Positions 38,179-48,252 of a stretch of DNA of 64,000 nucleotides are shown here, one piece after another. The notes under the pieces were generated by a model that was not told the DNA's origin, ran no database searches, and saw only the letters and a program-made list of their open reading frames with translations. The translations under genes were made by a program, and so were the position numbers. Position 1 is the first letter of the stretch. Each line of letters opens with the position of its first letter. The DNA comes from Calditrichia bacterium. GTDB lineage: Bacteria; Calditrichota; Calditrichia; RBG-13-44-9; J075. The stretch covers positions 300,983-364,982 of the forward strand of contig JBOEGD010000011.1 of the NCBI GenBank assembly GCA_050633245.1. The letters are read 5' to 3'.

Positions 38179-40362
38179 ATGACTACTGAAAAGAAGCGAT
38201 CTGAATCTGTTTCAACATTAACAAATTTTCTAAGGCGCGATAAGGACGAAAGTTCCAGCACCGGGAAGTTTGGCATGATGGGCGGCGTCTTTTCGCCGAC
38301 GCTGCTGACAATTCTCGGCGTTATTATGTATCTGCGTCTCGGCTGGGTTGTTGGAAATGCCGGATTGATTGGTGCGATAGCTATCATTATTCTCGCCAAT
38401 TTAATTACTCTATGTACCGCTTTGTCTATGGCATCAATTACTACCAATATTAAAATTGGTGCCGGTGGAGCGTATTCAATTATCAGCAAATCGCTCGGGC
38501 TGGAAACCGGTGGGAGTGTTGGGATACCCTTTTATGTGTCCCAAACGCTATCTGCTGCGTTATACATTGTTGGTTTTACCGAAGGTTGGAAATATCTTTT
38601 TCCGGATCACCCGGCGTTAGTAGTAGGGTTAATAACCTGGGCTATATTAATGACCATTTCGTACGTAAGTACTGAGTTCGCAATCAAGATTCAGTATGTG
38701 ATTATGGCGATTATTGTGTTCTCGCTCATCTCCTTTGGAATGACGCCGAACGAACCTGTTACCATGCGTGAAATGGTTGGAGATTTTAGTTCAGGAGGCT
38801 TCTGGTATGTGTTTGCCGTCTTCTTTCCCGCGGTAACCGGGATTATGGCCGGAGCCAATATGTCGGGTGATTTGAAAGATCCGCGCCGTGCTATTCCCGT
38901 TGGTACACTTGCTGCCATCGCAGTAACGTCGGTTATCTATATCGTACTGGCCTGGGCACTTGCGACCTATATTCCGCGTGAGGAGCTGTTGAACAATCAG
39001 ATGGCAATGGTAGACAGCGCCGCGTTTGGCAATGCCATTATTGCCGGAATTCTGGCAGCGACTTTTTCTTCTGCCTTGGGAAGTATGTTAGGTTCACCGC
39101 GTATTCTTCAGGCGCTTGCCGAACAAAAGACGGTGCCGTTTCCAACGTTCTTTGCACAACGGACCGAAAAGAATGAGCCACGTAATGCTATTGTCTTTAC
39201 AGGTATCATTATTGTTGTTGCTCTGATTCCGGGCGATCTGGACTTTTTAGCTACAATTATCACAATGTTTTTTATGATCACCTATGGCATGCTAAACCTG
39301 GTAGTCTTTATTCAGCAAAGCATGAAGATTCTTAGTTTTCGGCCGACCTTCCGTATTCCGAGGTTTGTTTCCTTTTTCGGAGCCTGTAGCTGTATCTTTA
39401 TGATGTTTCTGATTAACCCGGCCTTCAGTATTTTTGCAATTGTTGTGATTATCAGCTTGTATGTTTGGCTTACCCGAAAGGAGCTTCAGGCAGACTGGGG
39501 TGATGTACGCGGTGGCATGTTCCTGATTATGGCCGAGCGCGCTTCGCGAATCGCAGCAAAATTTCCACGTCACTTTGTTAGTTGGAAACCAGACTTACTG
39601 CTTCCGATTGACGATCCCAATGTATGGGCCGGTCCACTGCTGTTTATTCGCAGTCTTACTCACCCCTCTGGAAGCGTTTTTGCCTTTTCGATTGAAGACG
39701 AGAAGCGCGCTGAAGTGCAAACTCAATTGGATAAACTATTAACGCCGCTGCGAACAGGTGGAATTACCGTTAATTCAACAGTTGTTGAAGACGTCAACTT
39801 TACCCATGGTGCGAAGCTGGTTATACAAACGCTAAAGGGCGGAACCTTCAGACCCAACACATTGTTTTTGACACTGTCGAAAGACAAAAAGAATGACCAG
39901 AGCGTTGAGGAAATGGTCGGGCAGGCAGCTGGTGACGAGATGGGCGTGCTTATTCTTCATCAGCATGACAGGGTTTCCTTTGGAATGCAAAAGGATGTTA
40001 ACCTTTGGCTGCGTGAAAAAAGCCCGAATTGGCATTTAGCAGTTTTGATGGGGCTGCAGCTACAGCTAAACTGGGGTGGTAAGCTCAACCTGATAGCATC
40101 TGCCGAAACCGAGGAAGATAGTCAGCGTATTCACGAATTCCTTGAGCGGCTTAGTGACACGGCACGATTGCCTTCCATGACAAATTTTCATGTTGTGATA
40201 GGAAATTTTCAAGAAACAATTGAGGCGGCGCCAAAAGCTGACGTTAATATATTTGGGCTAGGCGAAAAACCGTCATTCGACTTTATGCGGGGCGTGGTGA
40301 ACAAAACAAATTCATCCTGCCTTTTTGTAAAAGATTCAGGTCATGAGAGTGCATTGGTCTAA
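38179..40362 (+). CDS. APC-superfamily cation-chloride cotransporter (SLC12-like)
   Basis: GVFSPTLLTILGVIMYLR, GGAYSIISKSLG.E.GGS.G, FFPAVTGIMAG, large cytoplasmic C-terminal domain (WKP..L, RPN). Confidence 0.85.
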   Translation: MTTEKKRSESVSTLTNFLRRDKDESSSTGKFGMMGGVFSPTLLTILGVIMYLRLGWVVGNAGLIGAIAIIILANLITLCTALSMASITTNIKIGAGGAYSIISKSLGLETGGSVGIPFYVSQTLSAALYIVGFTEGWKYLFPDHPALVVGLITWAILMTISYVSTEFAIKIQYVIMAIIVFSLISFGMTPNEPVTMREMVGDFSSGGFWYVFAVFFPAVTGIMAGANMSGDLKDPRRAIPVGTLAAIAVTSVIYIVLAWALATYIPREELLNNQMAMVDSAAFGNAIIAGILAATFSSALGSMLGSPRILQALAEQKTVPFPTFFAQRTEKNEPRNAIVFTGIIIVVALIPGDLDFLATIITMFFMITYGMLNLVVFIQQSMKILSFRPTFRIPRFVSFFGACSCIFMMFLINPAFSIFAIVVIISLYVWLTRKELQADWGDVRGGMFLIMAERASRIAAKFPRHFVSWKPDLLLPIDDPNVWAGPLLFIRSLTHPSGSVFAFSIEDEKRAEVQTQLDKLLTPLRTGGITVNSTVVEDVNFTHGAKLVIQTLKGGTFRPNTLFLTLSKDKKNDQSVEEMVGQAAGDEMGVLILHQHDRVSFGMQKDVNLWLREKSPNWHLAVLMGLQLQLNWGGKLNLIASAETEEDSQRIHEFLERLSDTARLPSMTNFHVVIGNFQETIEAAPKADVNIFGLGEKPSFDFMRGVVNKTNSSCLFVKDSGHESALV

Positions 40363-40530
40363 GATTGGATTTTCGCTTTTCCTGTTGGAAAGATTCATTC
40401 TAATTGACTATATTTGGGACTTGAAAACAACCTAATCTTATACTAAAAACAGCCTTGTCGAAGACTTGTCACCAGGTGGACGATGCCTTTTTGGCACGCC
40501 GCAGCTGTTAAAATTTCGGAGGTATCTAAT

Positions 40531-41583
40531 ATGAGCAAGACAGCCGAACTGCTCGGAAAAGAAGCAGAATCACTACTGGGACACGAGTGTAAAACAATTG
40601 ACAAAAAACATCTTCATCTTCCGGGTTCAGATTTTGTAGACCGTGTATTTGCGGACAGCGATCGCTCTATAAACGTTATGCGCAACCTACAGACGATCTA
40701 CAATCACGGACGTTTAGCCAATACCGGCTATATTTCCATTCTGCCGGTTGATCAGGGAATTGAGCACTCCGCCGGTGCATCGTTTGCGCCGAATCCGATC
40801 TACTTCGATCCGGAGAATATTGTAAGGCTGGCAATTGAGGGCGGCTGTAATGCAGTTGCCTCAACATATGGCGTTCTGTCAATGGTTGCACGAAAATATG
40901 CCCACAAAATTCCATTTATTATGAAGATCAATCATAATGAGCTTCTGAGCTATCCGAATACGCATGATCAGATTATGTTTGCGAGTATCGATCAGGCCTA
41001 TGAAATGGGCGCACTGGCTGTTGGGGCAACCATTTACTTTGGTTCTGAAGACAGTGATCGTCAGATTCAAGAAGTTTCAGAAGCATTTGAATATGCGCAC
41101 AGTCTTGGTTTGGTAACTATCCTTTGGGCGTATACTCGTAACTCAGCATTTAAATCTGATAAAGACTATCACGTTTCTGCTGATCTGACCGGTCAGGCAA
41201 ATCATCTTGCTGCGACAATTGGTGCAGATATTGTAAAGCAGAAGCAGCCGGAGAACAACGGTGGCTACAATTCGCTCGACAATTTTGGCAAGACGCACCC
41301 GAAGGTGTACAGCGAACTGTCATCCGATCACCCGATTGACCTAACGCGCTATCAGGTTGCGAACTGCTATATGGGACGTGCCGGTTTAATCAATTCCGGT
41401 GGTGCTTCCGGTGGCGATAGCGATATGGCTCAGGCCGTGCGTACTGCTGTTATCAATAAGCGTGCCGGTGGCATGGGACTGATTTCCGGTCGTAAGGCCT
41501 TCCAGCGTCCGATGAAGGATGGTGTTGAGATTCTCAATGCAATTCAGGACGTGTTCTCCGACGATTCTATTACGATTGCTTAA
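40531..41583 (+). CDS. fbaB: class I fructose-bisphosphate aldolase
   Basis: [44 protein letters not shown]. Confidence 0.96.
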   Translation: MSKTAELLGKEAESLLGHECKTIDKKHLHLPGSDFVDRVFADSDRSINVMRNLQTIYNHGRLANTGYISILPVDQGIEHSAGASFAPNPIYFDPENIVRLAIEGGCNAVASTYGVLSMVARKYAHKIPFIMKINHNELLSYPNTHDQIMFASIDQAYEMGALAVGATIYFGSEDSDRQIQEVSEAFEYAHSLGLVTILWAYTRNSAFKSDKDYHVSADLTGQANHLAATIGADIVKQKQPENNGGYNSLDNFGKTHPKVYSELSSDHPIDLTRYQVANCYMGRAGLINSGGASGGDSDMAQAVRTAVINKRAGGMGLISGRKAFQRPMKDGVEILNAIQDVFSDDSITIA

Positions 41584-41624
41584 CACATTAAAACTGCTCC
41601 AATCTTTCTTTCAAAGACTGCAAA

Positions 41625-41662
41625 CAAAGAACCCGCTACAGAATTCTGCAGCGGGTTCTTTG
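41625..41662. terminator. bidirectional terminator between fbaB and amylase
   Basis: CAAAGAACCCGCT...AGCGGGTTCTTTG 13-bp stem between convergent genes. Confidence 0.75.
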
Positions 41663-41688
41663 CGAGGCACATGGATTTACTCAGGGTT

Positions 41689-44028
41689 CTATTTCATTAA
41701 CATCATTTTTTGTGTATACACAACGCCCTGCCATTGAACGCTGAGGAAATAAACGCCGCTTGGCTGCTCGCGGGCATCCCACTGCATCGAGTGGCTACCA
41801 GCCTGTGCATCTTCATCGACCAAGCGTATAACATGCTGGCCGAGTGCGTTAAACACATCAACCTTCACTCGACCTTCAGACGGCAACTGATAACGAATCG
41901 TTGTTTGCGGATTAAAAGGATTCGGATAGTTGCTTAGTAATGAGAATTCCGCCGGAACTGCCGTTACAACACCTCCGTTATCTGCGATGCTACCCACTTT
42001 ACTATAAGCGAGGTAATCGGACTGTTTAACATATACTGCATATCCACGTGCCGGTGCAGAGACATAAACGCGGCCATCGCCATACACCTGTGTCGTCTGT
42101 GTATTGTCAAAGGCATTTACCAGAGTGGTATTGGCCCAGTTACCCCAACCGGAAGGAGAACTGTCCACCCAAAGACCTTTAGTCTGGCTATCGTGGTTGT
42201 TGATAACCACAATCGCTCCATCACGTGTGCCATTGCCTGCGCGACGTGCAGCATAGACATGATACGTGTCGCCGGAGGGCCAGGGATTGCCAACGTCGCT
42301 CAAAACGGTGAGTCCACCACCCAGGTAGTTCTTGCGAACGTGAATGAGTTTTTTGAGATCATCCTTCAAGCTACTTGGCGGAGTGACCGTATAGCTGCTG
42401 TTGTGTGCATCTACCTGTGTTACACCATAAAAGTGCGAATAAAAGATACAGGGGCGCCCTTCATGCGTTACTGTGTAGGCATAGGCCATGTCCCAATCCT
42501 TTGTAACCCATTTATCGTGTTCTTTTCCAGTGTCGTGATTATCCACGAAAGTAACAATTGATGTCCCCGGCAGGCCGTTGCCCTGATTGTTGCGAACCAT
42601 TCCTGCATTATTTAGGTTCTTCATATCAAACGAGCTTTGATTGCCGTTCGTCATCCCGGTCAGCGTAAACTTTAATGGGAAATCGAAGCCGTCGACATCA
42701 GCATTGTTTGTTGCCACAGCATTCACCCAATCGCGGATTCGATAGTCAGCTCCCCAATATTCACCGACAATAAAGCGCTGGCTGCCATTTAGTTTCGGAA
42801 GATTGTTTACCCAATCCGCTACGTAGCTTTCCTGAAAACCACGGACAAAGTCCAAACGAAATCCGTCGAATCCGATTTCATCAGCCATCCAATAGCCCCA
42901 GTCGTTCAGGCGATTCTGCACTGTGGTACTAAAGGTATTTATATCATTACCAAAAAATTTGGTGTTGGTGATTATCTCATCGCTGCCCGGATAACCCAGC
43001 CAGTCGCTATTGTCTACAGGGTGAAAATCAGAATACGTCCAGGAGTGGTTGGCCTCGCCGGTCCCGGTATGCGTTACGTAGTTAATGCCGGTGTTGGTTT
43101 GCGCCTCAAGCGTAGAGTTGGCCAGGTTCGATCCATTGTGCCAAACAGCTGCTGGATAGTAGCCATTGTTCTGGCTCGCCCAGGCCCATTCCCAGGATCC
43201 GCTACTGGTGTCTTCAAAGCGGGCGGTAAGGCGAATTTCAATGTCGTTTGATGAGGACAGAGTGATTTTGTATTCGTCGACTGCAGAAGCGTTCTCAATG
43301 TGCGCGCGAACTGTCTGGCCAGAGCCCGGGAAGTTGTTGAATTGTCCACCGCCGTTGTTGGGTTCAGATTCCCAGGAAGGTGTGCCATTGCTACCGGCAC
43401 CCGTCCAGTCGATCTGCAAGTCGTAGCCGCGCACCGTGTTTGCAGCTACCCAGTCCAGCAGATAACCCTTAATTTGAATATAGTAGTCGCCTGTTCCGGC
43501 GTTCGGAATAGTCCAGACGATTTCATTGGTAGGATACGATTGATATTGTGTGCCGTTGCGATAGGCATGGTCATAAACATATTGCTTTACCGCAGGATTC
43601 GCTTCACGCTCATCTTCACTGGTATAAAGGTGGTTTAAAACAATGTCGGCATACACTTCTATTTTCGGGCTCTGATGCATGGTTGAAATCATGCTTTCCA
43701 GCTCCGCCCGACTACCGAACCGCGTTTCCGTTGTGCCTTTTTGATTATAGTTGCCAAGATCATAATGATCCCAGATGCCATAACCCATATCGTAAATGCC
43801 AAAATTTCCTTTGGAAGGGGAAGGCACCCAAATACCGGTGATACCTGCATTTTTTAATTCTGATGATTTTGAAGAGAGATTATCCCACCATGTGCCATTG
43901 TTCGTCGTGGCATCTACCGGAACGTCCCAGTAAAACGCCTGCATCATGGCATCATCCTGCGAAAGTGCCGGAAACGAAAAACACGCAGTAATGAGTGTCG
44001 CCAGAATTATCGTGCTTATACGCTGCAT
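41689..44028 (-). CDS. secreted GH13 alpha-amylase with inserted domain and C-terminal FlgD/T9SS-like domain
   Basis: GGAGG SD, signal peptide, MMQAFYW, DIVLNH, GFRLD, GEYW, FVDNHD; C-terminal NYPNPFNP...SGVYF. Confidence 0.9.
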   Translation of the reverse strand: MQRISTIILATLITACFSFPALSQDDAMMQAFYWDVPVDATTNNGTWWDNLSSKSSELKNAGITGIWVPSPSKGNFGIYDMGYGIWDHYDLGNYNQKGTTETRFGSRAELESMISTMHQSPKIEVYADIVLNHLYTSEDEREANPAVKQYVYDHAYRNGTQYQSYPTNEIVWTIPNAGTGDYYIQIKGYLLDWVAANTVRGYDLQIDWTGAGSNGTPSWESEPNNGGGQFNNFPGSGQTVRAHIENASAVDEYKITLSSSNDIEIRLTARFEDTSSGSWEWAWASQNNGYYPAAVWHNGSNLANSTLEAQTNTGINYVTHTGTGEANHSWTYSDFHPVDNSDWLGYPGSDEIITNTKFFGNDINTFSTTVQNRLNDWGYWMADEIGFDGFRLDFVRGFQESYVADWVNNLPKLNGSQRFIVGEYWGADYRIRDWVNAVATNNADVDGFDFPLKFTLTGMTNGNQSSFDMKNLNNAGMVRNNQGNGLPGTSIVTFVDNHDTGKEHDKWVTKDWDMAYAYTVTHEGRPCIFYSHFYGVTQVDAHNSSYTVTPPSSLKDDLKKLIHVRKNYLGGGLTVLSDVGNPWPSGDTYHVYAARRAGNGTRDGAIVVINNHDSQTKGLWVDSSPSGWGNWANTTLVNAFDNTQTTQVYGDGRVYVSAPARGYAVYVKQSDYLAYSKVGSIADNGGVVTAVPAEFSLLSNYPNPFNPQTTIRYQLPSEGRVKVDVFNALGQHVIRLVDEDAQAGSHSMQWDAREQPSGVYFLSVQWQGVVYTQKMMLMK

Positions 44029-44090
44029 ATGAATTCCTCCTGTAGGGGTTAATACTATACGAGTATAGCCAGATATCTTTATTAGAGGCA

Positions 44091-44159
44091 ACTCCCCAAA
44101 TGCAGGGTTTTTGGCAGAGTATGTGATTTTACTGAGAAAAACCTACCCAAATGGGTAGG
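44091..44159. promoter_or_regulatory. candidate NarL/LuxR-type operator boxes
   Basis: CCTACCC-AAAT-GGGTAGG (44142-44159) and degenerate ACTCCCC-AAAT-GCAGGGT (44091-44108), centres 51 bp apart. Confidence 0.4.
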
Positions 44160-44170
44160 AGGGGTGGATT

Positions 44171-44809
44171 TTATACCATTCCAGTGCGAAGGGCTTTGGC
44201 AACGGCTTCAGACTTGGAATGCACGTGTAGCTTGCGATATATATTGCGAAAGTGAAAACGCACTGTTTCGATGCTAACACCCATGGATGTTGCTGTAGCT
44301 TTTGAACTTTCGCCATCTACCAGTCGACGAAGAACCTCGAATTCACGTGGCGTAAGCGGTTCATCATCTGTCTTTTTTGCAGGAGAATTGGATTTCTGAA
44401 AAAAGTCTACAACTTTGCGGGCAATATGCGAGCTCATCGGCGCACCGCCGTTTGCGGCATCACGAATAGCTTCAAGAAGCTGAGCCGGTGGCGTTTTCTT
44501 TACCAAATAACCCACTGCTCCGGCACAGAGTGCTCGAAACACCATGTCATTTTCTTCATATACCGTCAACATCAAAATAGCGCAGTCCAGCTCCTTCTCC
44601 CGAAGTAGACGGATTCCATCAATTCCGGACATTCCGGGCAAATCGACATCCATTAACATGACGTCGGGCTTTAGGCCTTCAACTTCAAGGAGCATGTCTT
44701 CGCAGCATTCATACACTGCGCTACAGACATATCCATCCGTACCATCGATCAGCATTTGCAGGCCTTCTCGTATCATTTCCCGATCTTCTACAATGGCTAC
44801 ATGAATCAT
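44171..44809 (-). CDS. NarL/LuxR family response regulator
   Basis: IVED, MDVDLP, GAVGYLVK, HTH LTPREFEVL...NIYRKLHV. Confidence 0.95.
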   Translation of the reverse strand: MIHVAIVEDREMIREGLQMLIDGTDGYVCSAVYECCEDMLLEVEGLKPDVMLMDVDLPGMSGIDGIRLLREKELDCAILMLTVYEENDMVFRALCAGAVGYLVKKTPPAQLLEAIRDAANGGAPMSSHIARKVVDFFQKSNSPAKKTDDEPLTPREFEVLRRLVDGESSKATATSMGVSIETVRFHFRNIYRKLHVHSKSEAVAKALRTGMV

Positions 44810-44818
44810 ATTTATTCC

Positions 44819-47800
44819 CTAACGTTTAGAGATTAGACCGCTAAAACTTATGGTTGTTCCGCCTCCGCCCGAAGATTCAATTGCAACCTCACCTCCGATC
44901 AAGTCAGCCCGTTGTTTCATATTAGATAATCCGTTACCAGTGGCACCGGAGTTGGGATTGAAACCGACCCCATTGTCGCTCAGGCTCATTTTGAGTTCTC
45001 CTTTACGCACAGAGGCCTTCAGGTGAATTAAGCTACAGCGGCTGTATTTTATGGCGTTATTCAAGGCTTCTTTAAAGATCAGAAACAGATGTTGGCGGTG
45101 TTCCATTGGCAGGCTTACTGTCTGAAGATCGGGTAGGTTTTCTGCCCTAAAGGCGATGTCCAATTGGCCCAGCAGCTCGGAATTGGTATCTTGCAGCCGT
45201 AAGATAAGATCGTGCAGCGAATCGCGGCGAGGATTTACCAGCCAGACAATATCGCTCATGCTGTCTATCAGGTTACGGCTGGTATCGCTAATTCTCTGTA
45301 GACTGCTACTTGTTTTAGCGTCCAGACCGGGACGCCTCGCGATTACTTCGCTGAGAATTGCAACCTCGGTAAGGTTAGCTCCGATGTCATCATGCAGATC
45401 TGCGGCTAACTTAGTTCGTAATCGCTCTACTTTTAATAATTGCTTTACATGATAAGACACAACAAGTGCAATTAAGCCACCGATAAACAAAACGGACATT
45501 GTCATGAACCACCAGCTTTTCCAAAATGGAGGCGCTATGTTTATCTGTAGAATAGTCTCATTTTTTACCCAAAGGCCGTCGCTGTTTTTTCCCTTCACTC
45601 TCAGGCGATAACTTCCGGGATCTATGTTCGTGTACGTTACGAAGGGGCGATTTCGGTTGAAAATCCAGTCGCTGTCAAAACCCTCTAATTGATAAGCATA
45701 CTGATTTTTCGCAGGAAGACGATAATCCGGTAAAGCAAATTCCACCGAAAACGAGTTTTGATTAGGACCTAAGGTAAGAGCAGAGGAGCTATGCATAGCA
45801 TCCGAGACGCTCTCTATCATTTTTTGATTTAGAGAATCAGATGCATTCAATATCGAAAAATTGCTGATGACCACCTCTGGAGGAGCATCAAACTGATTGC
45901 TCTTTGAGCTCTCAAACTCGACAACTCCGTTTGTCGTTCCAAAGAAGAGACGGTCTTTGTTGGCATTTTGGTGTCCGGCTCCCCAAAAAAAACGAGTTTC
46001 CGGCAAGCCGTCTCGCTCATCGTAATTACGTGCTGTTTCTGTTCTTGGGTCGAACTCACAAAGTCCGTCATTCGTGCTAATCCATAGCCGCTGATTGGCA
46101 CTCCCACAAATTGCATAAACCACATTGTCTGGTAAGCCGTCCTGAAGCGTGAAGTGTGTTATTTGAGATGTACCATCTTCAGCAATTATGATACGATTTA
46201 AGCCGCCGCCATGCGTGCCAATCCATATGACATAATCTGAGTTACTTTGATCTTCATACAGCGCCGTAATGCGATTGTCGCCAATTGTGTTTGGATTATC
46301 GTAGTTCGCGAGGTAGCGCTTAAAATTCAGCGTTGTCGGAGCTTCAGACAACCTTGTTGTAGAACGGTTCAGTCCATGCCATGTTCCCACCCAAAGATAG
46401 CCATGCTTATCTCGTAAGATCGAATTTGATTGAACGCGGTTGTCACTGAGTGAGCTGCTGTCTTTCTCGCTGTATGAGGCAGTTAGAATAATATCTCCCG
46501 CCAGGTTCATACATTCAAGCCCCTGATCTGTCCCCAGCCACATTACACGCGTACTATTCACTGAATCGGGCAGTATATCCAGGACAACTTTCGAACGCAG
46601 TTGATCTTTATACTGTATCGATTCCCAGTTTCGTCTATCGGTATTTACTTTCAGATTTGGATAGCGGATTCGGAAAACTCCTCCACCCCAGGTTGCTACC
46701 CAAAACTCACTTTTGTTGTATGCCGTAATGCCGGTAATTGCAGGTTGATCCTGATTGGAAAAGACGTTTTGCAGTGGACTAACAGTTTTTCCCGTATCTC
46801 GGTCTAAGCCGATCAAACCATTCAGCATAGTGCCAATCCAGAGAAAGTTGCCAGTCATCGCTTTATGCGCATAAAGCGATCGAACAGCATCTGCCTCAGA
46901 AGATGCGGCATGGAGTTGGCCAGACTGGTAAAAGGCGAAGCGCTTCCGAGGTCGTGTTAGCTTCGCTAACCCCTCTTGTTGTAGTCCTGCCCAAATATTT
47001 CCGGAACGATCGATGGCAAGTGCCTGAAGCCTTTGTTGAGATAAATATCGAACGATGCTTCCGGCGTCATTCTTCGCTAATTGGTAAAGACCCGTTAGAG
47101 TGGCAATCCAAAGATTCTCGGACTGCTCTTGACCATGATTTTTATGAGAAGTGATGCCGGTGATAATTTCCTTGGGAAGCAGGGGAGAGGCAATACTGCT
47201 CTCCGCTTGCCCGGGAGTATAGCGAAACAAGCCTTCGGTTGTGCCAATCCAAACCAACCCATTCGTATCTTCATGCAGGCTCGTGGGTGTCGGCAAAGGA
47301 AGGTTTAAAATGTGTTGTTCAGTGGAATTGTTCAGGTTAGATGGCTTAAGACAAAGCACACCTTTCTTTTGTACTGCAATCCAAAGGTCATTATTGCTTG
47401 CAAGGAGCACTGAACGTATATGGCCCTCTGTGACAAGGGGATGTGGTTGAAAATTGCCTGCCCGGTCTTTCTGAAAAATTCCTGCTCCGCTTGTTCCGGC
47501 AAGCAGGCCATTTTGTGGGTCATAATGCAAAGCTGTAATTGCGAGCGTGTCCAGCTGAGAAGTCGAAGTAGCTGCGACGTGAACGCGCTGAAACTGATCC
47601 TGAGGTGGTGACAAACAGCTGATTGTCCCTCGTGATGAGCCAATCCATATTCTGCCTGTGGCGTCTTCTGCAATAGAAAACACAAGATTGTCGGCGATGG
47701 AAGATGAATTGCGTCTGTCGTGAATGTAGTTCGTAAAACCGGTACCGTTGTAACGATAGAGCCCGTTATCCGTACCTATCCAGAGGATTCCCCTTGAATC

Positions 47801-47971
47801 CTGCAGAATGCAAAAGATTGAATTCGGTGAGCGCCGATCCTGCATCGGCAAGATGGTTGTTTTCCAATCGCTGGAATACAGTGACGATGCGAGAGCTGAA
47901 TGTAATATGAGTAGTAAGAGGAAACGCTTGATTGAGTAAGAGAGCTTGCTTGTAGCAATATCACGATGCAC
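44819..47971 (-). CDS. sensor histidine kinase with periplasmic beta-propeller (Reg_prop) and YYY domain, HisKA_3 type
   Basis: Repeated LWIGT/DxxGxLW units, YAYQLEGFD...YTNIDPGSY, PPFWKSWW TM, DLHDDIG, KEALNN, DNGVG, GNGL. Start uncertain; GTG 47971 chosen ahead of the signal-like segment. Confidence 0.9.
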   Translation of the reverse strand: MHRDIATSKLSYSIKRFLLLLILHSALASSLYSSDWKTTILPMQDRRSPNSIFCILQDSRGILWIGTDNGLYRYNGTGFTNYIHDRRNSSSIADNLVFSIAEDATGRIWIGSSRGTISCLSPPQDQFQRVHVAATSTSQLDTLAITALHYDPQNGLLAGTSGAGIFQKDRAGNFQPHPLVTEGHIRSVLLASNNDLWIAVQKKGVLCLKPSNLNNSTEQHILNLPLPTPTSLHEDTNGLVWIGTTEGLFRYTPGQAESSIASPLLPKEIITGITSHKNHGQEQSENLWIATLTGLYQLAKNDAGSIVRYLSQQRLQALAIDRSGNIWAGLQQEGLAKLTRPRKRFAFYQSGQLHAASSEADAVRSLYAHKAMTGNFLWIGTMLNGLIGLDRDTGKTVSPLQNVFSNQDQPAITGITAYNKSEFWVATWGGGVFRIRYPNLKVNTDRRNWESIQYKDQLRSKVVLDILPDSVNSTRVMWLGTDQGLECMNLAGDIILTASYSEKDSSSLSDNRVQSNSILRDKHGYLWVGTWHGLNRSTTRLSEAPTTLNFKRYLANYDNPNTIGDNRITALYEDQSNSDYVIWIGTHGGGLNRIIIAEDGTSQITHFTLQDGLPDNVVYAICGSANQRLWISTNDGLCEFDPRTETARNYDERDGLPETRFFWGAGHQNANKDRLFFGTTNGVVEFESSKSNQFDAPPEVVISNFSILNASDSLNQKMIESVSDAMHSSSALTLGPNQNSFSVEFALPDYRLPAKNQYAYQLEGFDSDWIFNRNRPFVTYTNIDPGSYRLRVKGKNSDGLWVKNETILQINIAPPFWKSWWFMTMSVLFIGGLIALVVSYHVKQLLKVERLRTKLAADLHDDIGANLTEVAILSEVIARRPGLDAKTSSSLQRISDTSRNLIDSMSDIVWLVNPRRDSLHDLILRLQDTNSELLGQLDIAFRAENLPDLQTVSLPMEHRQHLFLIFKEALNNAIKYSRCSLIHLKASVRKGELKMSLSDNGVGFNPNSGATGNGLSNMKQRADLIGGEVAIESSGGGGTTISFSGLISKR

Positions 47972-48252
47972 GGGAACCTGCTTGTTAAAAATTGCGGTTA
48001 TTCGGCACGACAAAAGCGGAATTGAATGAAGTATAATGTAAAAATATGTATTTTCCAGAAGTAATATGTCAAGGAAAAAGCGATAAATTGAAGAGGCTCG
48101 GGTATTTTTGCCATTAAAAAAATGTATTGTGAATCCGTCCCATTGATCAAATAGCAACACCTCAGAAGAATTATCTTTCTCCGTGCCTTGTCAGAGGTAC
48201 AGATTAACCTATGCTGCCAATCTGAAATTGCAATGAAGCGCATTGAGGCTCT

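Noticed and set aside
40448-40509. Possible multi-stem RNA in the fbaB leader (AACAGC/GCTGTT enclosing small hairpins)
   Set aside because: Inner stems are only 3-5 bp and match no riboswitch I recognise; covariation data would be needed.
12955-48160. ORF-track N-terminal extensions of mltG, TPR, SPL-like, DUF4184, fbaB, amylase and propeller kinase genes
   Set aside because: Downstream starts have better SD sequences and/or family-typical N-termini, so coordinates were trimmed.
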